Of a stretch of DNA of 9,841 nt, positions 1 to 7,603 are shown one piece after another. The stretch comes from Amoeboradix gromovi X-113 (lineage: Eukaryota > Fungi > Sanchytriomycota). Location: assembly GCA_018985225.1 (NCBI GenBank), contig JADGIF010000373.1, positions 1 to 9,841 of the forward strand. The letters are read 5' to 3'. The position numbers and the translations under genes were made by a program. The notes under the pieces are model-generated. The model saw only the letters and a list, made by a program, of their open reading frames with translations, did no database searches and was not told where the DNA came from. How positions within the stretch are numbered: position 1 is the first letter of the stretch; each line of letters starts with the position of its first letter.

Positions 1-492
1 GTATTCAACGAAGTCTTACCACATCCTGCTCTGGGTTATAATGCGTACCTGGGATTTATAGAAGGCAAAGAGCCTTTCAGACTGCTACGAATATCCAAAA
101 ACACCTTAAAGCTAGATATAAAACCAGAGAAATTTAACTACTTTAGCTCCTTGACCGTTAAAGGAAAGTCAAATTTAACAGCCGATTCAAATGACACTAT
201 AATAATATCGGGCGGCATAGATGACAAGGCTCCACTATATTATGAAATGCCGCTAAGTTATTTTTTAAATTTCACAACTGCGGAATGCAACTTTGAAAGA
301 TATAATGGAACAGACAAACCACTGTATATTAATAGAGTAATGGAAGATGTTTACGGAGATTTTAGTTCATTCAAACAAATATTGCCAATAATAATGACTT
401 TGTTGTTACTAGCGCAACTAGTCAAACTTGTTAAGTATTTGCACAAGCTCCACATGGACCATATAAGACCTACCAAAGTAAATGTTTTTTAG
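1..492 (+). CDS. 5'-truncated gene: C-terminal 163 aa of a probable type I single-pass membrane glycoprotein, function unknown
   Basis: Frame 1 is open from base 1 (VFNEVLPHPALGYNAYLGF...) to TAG at 490-492, so the TTG start at 151 in the ORF track is not the true start. Four N-glycosylation sequons (NLT, NDT, NFT, NGT) precede a hydrophobic segment ILPIIMTLLLLAQLV and a short basic tail. Confidence 0.75.
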   Translation, partial: VFNEVLPHPALGYNAYLGFIEGKEPFRLLRISKNTLKLDIKPEKFNYFSSLTVKGKSNLTADSNDTIIISGGIDDKAPLYYEMPLSYFLNFTTAECNFERYNGTDKPLYINRVMEDVYGDFSSFKQILPIIMTLLLLAQLVKLVKYLHKLHMDHIRPTKVNVF

Positions 493-762
493 TACAAAAA
501 ATAAACTTGAAGATAATTCCTCTCGCTTTCAGTTACCTCAGGTAAATAATTCTCGATTTGCTTCCATGTTATACATCCATAATGGCTGGTTGTTTATTTT
601 GAACTTTTTTACTAATCTCGAAACTGTTTGGAAAGTCGAAACAAGAAATGGATTTCATTGTCAAATGATTCCGAAATAACACATTCATTGTTTTGCATGC
701 TGCAATAAATATTAGCATAACATCATATTAGATCCTGAATATTAAAAATTGCATTCGAAAAA

Positions 763-1593
763 CTATTTACTTTCAATTCCAACTAATTCCGTAACTTTGT
801 CGGATTTGTCCACTTGCTTTGTATCTTTGTTTTCAGCGCTCTTTCTTGAATCCCGATTTCCACTGGGTTTACTAGCTGCAATATTAGCAAGTTCCAGGAT
901 CAGCTGGCTAACCAATAGGTCTAGACAGAGATTAGATTTCATTGCCATTTCTACTTCATTATCCTCAGCTCCATCCAACAGATACCCAATCCAACAACCA
1001 AATTTTAAAGCGATAGTAAAGTACACAGATGCCTTGGCAATTGATCTCAATAACAGCATTTTACCATTTTCTTTTGCAAAAATGCTATTGTCAACCAAGC
1101 TAATAATCTTTTGAAATGCGATTATATACAACATGATGCCAAGAATGTGAGAGAGAGTCTCTGAGTACGGGTTCACCACAATTTCTGGAAACTGAGATTC
1201 TTCGCCATCACAGCGATACTGTAAGTCAATTAAGGAACAACTTTCAGCAATGATTAATGTGAATACTAAAACAGGAACTATCTTTTTGAATCTGGAGCTC
1301 AGGAGTGGATACGCTCTACTCATTGGTGCTACGACTTCAAAAAGAGAACCTAAAACCATAAAAACCTGAGAGATATTCACTGCAGTTGAGCATTCCATGT
1401 TCAGCTGGTAAAATGACACCCAGTTGCTCACACTAAAACAGATATTAGCTAGTACTGCGGCGCCGTTTCTCTTCCAGCCTTTTTTCAACAGTATTGGTGA
1501 GATTATTAAGCCCTGTAGATTAGCGCAAATAGCAGAGCCGAACGCGATATAAAAACCAACGTCTACATTGTTAAATGCCTTTGAACCACTCAT
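763..1593 (-). CDS. Seven-transmembrane GPCR-like protein (276 aa) with degenerate class A (rhodopsin-like) motifs
   Basis: ATG-to-TAG ORF with about seven hydrophobic segments and a charged C-tail. C68 and R93 are 25 residues apart (as C3.25/R3.50), with a second Cys (C128) in the loop after TM4. TM5 ends AFQKI, TM6 has CWIGY and TM7 has KSNLCLD. The CDS is secure; the GPCR assignment is inferred. Confidence 0.75.
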   Translation of the reverse strand: MSGSKAFNNVDVGFYIAFGSAICANLQGLIISPILLKKGWKRNGAAVLANICFSVSNWVSFYQLNMECSTAVNISQVFMVLGSLFEVVAPMSRAYPLLSSRFKKIVPVLVFTLIIAESCSLIDLQYRCDGEESQFPEIVVNPYSETLSHILGIMLYIIAFQKIISLVDNSIFAKENGKMLLLRSIAKASVYFTIALKFGCWIGYLLDGAEDNEVEMAMKSNLCLDLLVSQLILELANIAASKPSGNRDSRKSAENKDTKQVDKSDKVTELVGIESK

Positions 1594-2202
1594 TCTTAAG
1601 CCACATTTTCATTGAAGTATTATTATTAAAAAATAATCATTTGGGTCAGTTTTTAAAACGCGAGAAAATGAAATATAGAAATATTTAGAGAACCAATGTA
1701 AGCACTTTCTATTGGACTCACCATTTGATTTGATCTATATTAGAGCTTGTTATTCCTTGCCTTAAACGGAGATATCTTGTTTAGCCTTAAGGGTGTAGAT
1801 CATAATGTCGTGATTCTTCTACAATTCAAAATCTTAGTAAACCTTTAAAGAACTAAGTTATCTTGAGATCCCAAAAAGAATCATTCCTGCAGCTTAAAAA
1901 GCTCTTTATATGGAGATGAGAGTTAAAATTTCGTCAAATAACAATTAGGATGGCGCCCAAGATATGCGTGCGTAAAATTAAACCTCGGTCAATAAAGATA
2001 GGATTTATTGTAAATTAGATGTCCTTTGGTTCAATAGATCCTGTCACAAAGTCACCATCTCATAAAGGTTAGTTTACGCAAGTGATTTATGCCCCATATG
2101 ATGACTAGTATTCACTTATGTAACCGCTTTTTTCTAGTAAGCTTTAAGTAAGTTCAGTTTTTCAATTATTCTCCATAATATGACTTTTTAGTAACAATTC
2201 TG

Positions 2203-3987
2203 CTACGTTAATTGTAAAATACTCTTTGCCAAAGACAGTGATGCCTCTAGTTCAGCTATTTTATAATCAGATTCTCTATTATCTACATTCTCTAAATATA
2301 TAAACACTTCAGTTGCTTCTTGTAAGTTCACTTTCCTTTGGTTGTATGAATATTGTTGTGTTTGCCTGCTGAACTCTTTCCAAGATGCAAATATTTGATA
2401 CCCAACTGCGGACATCTCTTTTTGTACCTCACTTTTTACTGACTGTATTGAAGGCGTTTTGCCTGATAATTCCAGTGCTAAGATAGTTGCCTCCTCCACG
2501 TTTCCGTCAGCCAGGGTATACACTACCTGCTGCAGAGCTTTTATTCTCTCGTTGGCTTGTTCTAGCTGAAATGTTAATTTACGTAACCTGGCTTCTTTTA
2601 CAATAAGTTTATTAGTAAGCTCTTCATCCATGCCTGATTGCTGCATCTGCTTGGTGATATCACTTAATGCCATAATACTCATTGGTCTTTTAGGTCTATT
2701 TACTTTTAGATCGTCTTTTACCTTGCTGCTAGTCAATATCAAATTAGTTAGATGAGCAATCCTATCTTTTAATGCAGTCCTCAGCAGCTCTTGTTCCTCC
2801 AACTCTTTTTTATACTTGGAATTCTCAGAAATCAATACTGTCCGCTCTTTTACCCAATTTTCATTTTCTAAACTAGATTGAGGTGGGGATAATGAAGAGA
2901 CTCGTTGAGGAGTAATCTGAGGTTGCTGCTCCAACTGGTATTGAAGGTTTTTGATTTCGTTTCTGTACTTTTGAAGCAATGCCTGGTCATCAAGTACTTT
3001 AGTTTTGCCTGCTTTTACAAGCATTTTACGAAGACGAGTGGCAAAGTGCATTGTGTTTATACTTTCATCAAGAGCATCTTCATGCGGATTTATGCAACAT
3101 AAGACTAGGCAAAGCGCATTACCGCTTAATGGTGTTTGTAAGATTCTGGTTAATTTAGAATCACGATATGGAATATGTTTATTATTACCCTCAATTAGCA
3201 TGCTTATCACTTTCGATAGAGATAAGAGACTTCTGTTGATATAGTGGCTCTCTAGCTGTCTTTTTTTGTTAGAGGTTCCCTTTTCACTTCCGGCTAAATC
3301 TATCAGGTTTAGAGTGGAAAGTTGCACCGATTGACTTTTCAATTCTCTGCTTTCTATGATTATCTGGAATATGGCATGGGATCTGCTGGAATGTAGATTG
3401 TAATCTGTAGAAGCACTGTGCCGACGAACCAGTCCTTGTTCGATGTATTCCAAGCATTGGTCTTTAGAAACCACGACTAATTCCTGCAGAGGCCAGGCAA
3501 ATGCGCCCCGGGCTTTGTTTTCTAAAATACGCAATGGCTGTTGATTCTCAGCTAACAAATCTTTAATTTGCTCATTGTAGATCTCTAAAAAAGTTACGCG
3601 AAGCAGGTATTCTTTGTTCGAGTTTTTAATAATGTTGAATATGGTATCTAAAGCCAATGGAATAATTCCAGTCTCGTCATTACTACCAAAAATAGAATGA
3701 GTTTTACCAGAAGATGTAGTGCCATAAGCAAACAAGGTCATATTGTACCCGTCCATACTTTGATGAATCATAGGTGATATTTTGTTAGAATATATGGTCA
3801 GGTTGTCTTCATTAAGGTAAATTGCATCATGGACGAATTCCTGCTTTTGGTTTTTTAAAACTGGTGGACGAATATCCCAGCATGATTCTTTGGTCGGATT
3901 TACTCGAATTAATACTCTGAATGTGTCTGAGAGTGGAGTTGAGGGACGGCTGCTATTTCTGCTTTTAAACATGTGGGACATGCTCAT
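2203..3987 (-). CDS. KIP2: Kinesin-7 family (Kip2/KipA/Tea2/CENP-E-like) N-terminal motor kinesin, 594 aa from the first ATG
   Basis: P-loop AYGTTSSGKT, LEIYNEQIKDLL, switch I NLHSSRSH, switch II LIDLAGSE and HIPYRDSKLTRILQ. The neck LLQKYRNEIKNL and the stalk motif LKDRIAHLTNLILTS resemble fungal and plant kinesin-7; a coiled-coil tail follows. The first in-frame ATG is at 3987 (the ORF track starts at a TTG at 4023). Kinesin identity is certain; subfamily and symbol come from motif recognition. Confidence 0.93.
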   Translation of the reverse strand: MSMSHMFKSRNSSRPSTPLSDTFRVLIRVNPTKESCWDIRPPVLKNQKQEFVHDAIYLNEDNLTIYSNKISPMIHQSMDGYNMTLFAYGTTSSGKTHSIFGSNDETGIIPLALDTIFNIIKNSNKEYLLRVTFLEIYNEQIKDLLAENQQPLRILENKARGAFAWPLQELVVVSKDQCLEYIEQGLVRRHSASTDYNLHSSRSHAIFQIIIESRELKSQSVQLSTLNLIDLAGSEKGTSNKKRQLESHYINRSLLSLSKVISMLIEGNNKHIPYRDSKLTRILQTPLSGNALCLVLCCINPHEDALDESINTMHFATRLRKMLVKAGKTKVLDDQALLQKYRNEIKNLQYQLEQQPQITPQRVSSLSPPQSSLENENWVKERTVLISENSKYKKELEEQELLRTALKDRIAHLTNLILTSSKVKDDLKVNRPKRPMSIMALSDITKQMQQSGMDEELTNKLIVKEARLRKLTFQLEQANERIKALQQVVYTLADGNVEEATILALELSGKTPSIQSVKSEVQKEMSAVGYQIFASWKEFSRQTQQYSYNQRKVNLQEATEVFIYLENVDNRESDYKIAELEASLSLAKSILQLT

Positions 3988-4657
3988 GAAACGCAGAGTT
4001 GAGGGGGTAGAAGGAGATGACAAAAAGAAAATATTATTTGTCAGATACCAAAACTATACCAAAAAGGCACTCAGTACTATAATGTTACACAAGAAGTGTT
4101 TTTGCTGTCATAGAAATCAAGACTTGGCTCGCAAAGAAGACTATTTGGCAGCAAGAATTCTCGCTTGAAACACCTGGGACATCAAATATAAAAACTGGAA
4201 TAACTTTCTGATACAGTTTAAATCATTATTTCAAGTGTGTATTAACCAGTAGTAAATCAAATCAATCAGATTGCACCTTTTGCTTAGACACTCAGACCTC
4301 GTCTATTTGAAAGAGATAGTGGGTCATCTTGTTTATTTTAAAGAGAGGAATGATATTAACGAAATAGAATTCCTTTGAAAGAAGGAGTTTTATTAATAAT
4401 AGTATTTCCTCCTTATGGAGTACTTCCTTTAAAAACGACTCGGTCTAGTTTTTATATTTGGTGTTCCCATATGATATAATATCCAATACATCTGCTTGAC
4501 CTCTTAGATGTATTTGGAGAGCTTGACTAGTTTATGAGAAATATCCATGTGCATCATGGACAGGGTAACTTTTATTGTCCAAGATTAGTTCCCTGGTATC
4601 TTTATCCGGAACACATTGCCAAGCCTGTAAAAATGAGATATCACCTTTCCGGGATCA

Positions 4658-4671
4658 TCCCATATATGGGA
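4658..4671. promoter_or_regulatory. 14-bp perfect palindrome containing the CArG box CCATATATGG, in the divergent kinesin/DPBB intergenic region
   Basis: TCCCATATATGGGA is self-complementary; the core 4660-4669 matches CC(A/T)6GG. Confidence 0.35.
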
Positions 4672-5521
4672 AACATAATAACAGGGGACCTTGTTTCTCT
4701 TCCAACATAGTGCTTCTTTATATATTGATACTTACAACAGTAAGTATTTCTTTCAGAGCGCAGTATGTCTTTAAGTCCCGACGCTTTAGAGTGGATTGCT
4801 AACCAATTGCCGTTACCTTATGATGTCAACATTGGTGTCTATAGACACAGAGCAGGTTAAAAAGTACTAAACTTGCACTAAAGCCTGAGTGGCAAGAAAG
4901 TCGCTTAAAGCAATCAATTTTTGGGGCAGAAATCATTAACATTCAGAGGAAAAGCGACAGTAACAGTTTATGGTTGGATTTGTCATTTTGTTTACTTCGT
5001 TAGATTTTAGCAATTACGAAGTTGTGTACAATGCCTAATATAGAAATTGCTATGCTACATGCGATAAAATTGGCATAGATCGAACAGCCTTGAAGATCAA
5101 TATATTTGAATTTAAAAGCATTCAGGGTTTCTAACTGCAAGAAAGCGCAGTTTATGGTCTTCATAGGTTATGCTACTTGTTCGGGTCAAGTCCAAAAACT
5201 CAAAGTTCTATTGGCACTTTAAATTTTCTGTATTCAGAGGATTTATTCAAATTAAACATCAAGGAAATTATGGACAGACTACAAAACTACCAGCCGTTAG
5301 CTAATAGCATAGTGCAAATGCAACTAGATTAACGATGAGAAGATCAGGGTCATGAAGCAAAATTAAGTTTCCAATTTTGTCATCAAAAGCCCTTGGAAGG
5401 CTGAAATGAATTAAAACAATGGTAGAAAGTCTGTGTAAGAAAACACAGATCAATTTATCAGCCAGTTTCACGTGATCAGGTATCGTCACAGTATGACTTT
5501 GGGCATGCTGGACGTATTTAC

Positions 5522-5531
5522 CCATTTATGG
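5522..5531. promoter_or_regulatory. CArG box (CC[A/T]6GG), putative SRF/Mcm1-type MADS-box site upstream of the first DPBB gene
   Basis: CCATTTATGG, ending 40 nt upstream of the ATG at 5572. Confidence 0.35.
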
Positions 5532-5571
5532 TATATGTACCAATCGATCCAGTGTTGGTTGCTTATTAAAA

Positions 5572-6144
5572 ATGTTACTGTTGGCTTTACTATTTGGGTT
5601 TACTATCATAAAAAGACATTCAAGACAGGGCGTCCGCCACTCCAAAAGGCGATCCCGTAATTATAAATGGAAACTCCATCATTCGAAAAGAAGATCCAAA
5701 CATTACGCCACCTCAACACAGGCCGCTCAAGAGCTTGATTCACAAGGATGTAGTACCGCTATTGAAACATCCTCACCAGCACCTGCTGCTTCAAACGAAA
5801 ATTTTACAGGTTCTGGATTTTCATGCAACGGAAACACTTCGGGCTCAGCCAGTTTTTATGATGTGTCTAACGCGAGTGAAAATGATGGATATACTAACCA
5901 GGTATCGTGTGGAACGGCAATTCCAAGTGACGGATTATTTGTAGCAATACCGTCATCTTGCTTTACCAGTTCGGAATGCAATAGATTACTTACTGTAACA
6001 TACAGTGGTAAATCAATAACAGTTCCGATTTTGGACGAGTGTGCTTCATGTGAAAGCGATAAGCTGGATTTGTCCATTGGCGCTTGGAAAGTATTAGAAA
6101 GTAATACAGATATTGGTATACTACAAGATGTGTCCTGGAGCTAA
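5572..6144 (+). CDS. Secreted RlpA-like double-psi beta-barrel (expansin/loosenin-like) protein with a basic N-terminal repeat region
   Basis: Short hydrophobic signal MLLLALLFG, an Arg/Lys/His-rich segment and a Ser/Thr/Ala linker precede the DPBB pattern GSASFY...SCG...FVAI...C..LTVTYSGKSITVPILDECASC...LDLS..AW..L...GI...VSW. No C-terminal CBM63 domain. Confidence 0.88.
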   Translation: MLLLALLFGFTIIKRHSRQGVRHSKRRSRNYKWKLHHSKRRSKHYATSTQAAQELDSQGCSTAIETSSPAPAASNENFTGSGFSCNGNTSGSASFYDVSNASENDGYTNQVSCGTAIPSDGLFVAIPSSCFTSSECNRLLTVTYSGKSITVPILDECASCESDKLDLSIGAWKVLESNTDIGILQDVSWS

Positions 6145-6185
6145 TAAATTCTTTAATATAAAATCTCCTACCTTAAATGCAAAGA

Positions 6186-6232
6186 TCTGAAATAAATCAG
6201 AGTTCACATTTCCGAAGTATAAACAACTTCGG
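6186..6232 (+). terminator. Possible 3'-end processing region of the first DPBB gene (AATAAA in a hairpin loop, plus a second hairpin)
   Basis: TCTGA-AATAAA-TCAGA (6186-6201) and CCGAAGT-ATAAACA-ACTTCGG (6212-6232), about 40-90 nt after the stop codon. Confidence 0.25.
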
Positions 6233-6480
6233 TAATACCACTCTAGCATATTTTTCCCTGGATTGGCATCTCTATGGTCCTCATAACTGAATTAAAGCAT
6301 GTTAATCTTCTTCAATTCACGCTTTCTCTCGATTGGTGATGGAATTTAAAACACTCAATGGTATAGTATGCTGAGCTCCTCTTCAAAAGTTTTTATTTCC
6401 GAGAAAATCGAGAATTTCCATAGAGGAACTAGCAATGCTAGTAAATCCGTTACAGTGATTGCCCACGCTTTCACTACCTT

Positions 6481-6912
6481 GAGGCGGGATTGAATAAAGA
6501 TGTGTATACTTGTATATATTCCTTGCTGCCATATGGTCTCAATCTCCAAATTGGTTTCTTAAGATTCTCACAGCTTGTATATGCACAATAAGTATCAAGA
6601 TATCGCGTTGTTGCACATGCGGTAAGAACAATCACATAAGAATTATTAAATAAATAGTTAACAGGTTTATTTATCGTTGACCTCTTTTGAGGACGGGTTG
6701 AAAGAGATCTAATTTCCCCATTATTGGGCCAGTTCCTCGACGTTGATGAACGTATTCTGTAACTGTTAATTATTTCTTTAGATTTGATTAACCAATACGA
6801 AAATGAAGAGTATCGAATAGTTAAGGTGTTAGAAAAACATGGAAAATTCATGCAATTATATAAAGATATATATAGATTCTCAATAAATGACTTATTCTTC
6901 AAATTTCAATAG
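6481..6912 (+). pseudogene. Possible decayed gene between the DPBB paralogues
   Basis: One + frame reads protein-like for about 144 codons (EAGLNKDVYTCIYSLLPYGLN...VERDLISPLLGQFLDVDERIL*LLIISLDLINQYENEEYRIVKVLEKHGKF...) with five internal stops. The stop-free minus ORF 6474-6902 lies in the same register as the antisense shadow ORFs of the real genes in this window. Confidence 0.3.
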
Positions 6913-6952
6913 CTTTAGAAACTCGCAAAAAATAATTACGATGACATCATCT

Positions 6953-7025
6953 GATCTGTGCTTTTAGATCTGTGCGCCATTTTAGATTCTTAAAACGATC
7001 TGTGCATGGGATTGAGGTATAAATA
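6953..7025 (+). promoter_or_regulatory. Probable promoter of the second DPBB gene: 3x GATCTGTGC followed by a TATA box
   Basis: Exact GATCTGTGC at 6953-6961, 6967-6975 and 6997-7005; TATAAATA at 7018-7025, 23 nt before the ATG at 7049. Confidence 0.6.
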
Positions 7026-7048
7026 GGAGTCGAGTCAGAGAAACTGAA

Positions 7049-7603
7049 ATGTTGTTCACTACTTTTTTGTCAGCTCTTCCAAGTGACGCTTCAAACCAAT
7101 CAGACAACTCTGTGGTTACTTCAGACTCCAAAGCAACTTTTGAGACGAGCGCTTTAACACAAGCATTATTCTATACATATGACAACAAAGATGAGAATGA
7201 TGGCTACACAAACCAATTCGCTTGTGGGGGTAGTGCCCCTAAAGATGATTTATATGCTGCATTACCTATGGCATTGTTCAAAAACAGTATATGCGGTAGC
7301 ACTGTTACTGTAACCTACGAGACCAAAAACGTATCTGTGGTCATTTTAGACTCTTGTTCTACCTGTAAAGATTCTGAAATTGACCTTAGTAAAAAAGCTT
7401 GGTTGACACTATACTCCGATGAACTAAAGGGTGTTTTAGACGTATCTGTATCTCTAGGAAGTGCACCAGGAAACTCTACCGCAAACTATAAAGATGGTTC
7501 CAATGACAGTGGAAGTACAAATAATTCTACTATTAGCGGTACAGATGAAACGAAGACACATAACATTGAAAAATCGGATTGTGACAAAGGCGATCAAAAA
7601 TAA
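7049..7603 (+). CDS. Secreted RlpA-like double-psi beta-barrel (expansin/loosenin-like) protein, tandem paralogue, with a Ser/Asn/Asp-rich C-tail
   Basis: Short N-terminal hydrophobic stretch MLFTTFLSA, then ALFY...ACG...YAAL...CGSTVTVTY..KNVSVVILDSCSTC...IDLS..AW..L...GVLDV. Colinear with 5572-6144 and shares ENDGYTNQ. Several N-glycosylation sequons. Confidence 0.88.
   Translation: MLFTTFLSALPSDASNQSDNSVVTSDSKATFETSALTQALFYTYDNKDENDGYTNQFACGGSAPKDDLYAALPMALFKNSICGSTVTVTYETKNVSVVILDSCSTCKDSEIDLSKKAWLTLYSDELKGVLDVSVSLGSAPGNSTANYKDGSNDSGSTNNSTISGTDETKTHNIEKSDCDKGDQK

Noticed and set aside
482-679. Short ORFs 482-679, 4575-4802, 5301-5525, 5472-5660, 5735-5944, 6355-6549 and 8080-8268
   Set aside because: Short, without motifs, and often overlapping other frames or starting at non-ATG codons.
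749-1114. 121-aa + ORF, and likewise 2905-3102, 3005-3244, 3890-4168 and 5856-6077
   Set aside because: Antisense shadows of stronger genes; several begin at TTG and none has a recognisable motif.
3988-4023. TTG-initiated N-terminal extension of the kinesin (SSPSTPSTLRF), echoing the downstream RPSTP
   Set aside because: Explained by a pyrimidine-rich 5' leader; three ATGs follow immediately, an in-frame stop lies at 4054-4056, and no good YAG acceptor supports an upstream exon.
5178-5195. GGTCAAGTCC resembling a tRNA T-loop
   Set aside because: No cloverleaf, acceptor stem or D-arm can be built around it.
6474-6902. 142-aa minus-strand ORF as a real gene
   Set aside because: TTG start, Ser/Ile/Asn/Tyr-rich composition with no recognisable domain, and the register typical of antisense shadows. 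Not fully excluded.
6953-7005. GATCTGTGC repeats as a CRISPR-like array
   Set aside because: Repeats are only 9 nt with 5- and 21-nt spacers, the context is eukaryotic, and there are no cas genes.
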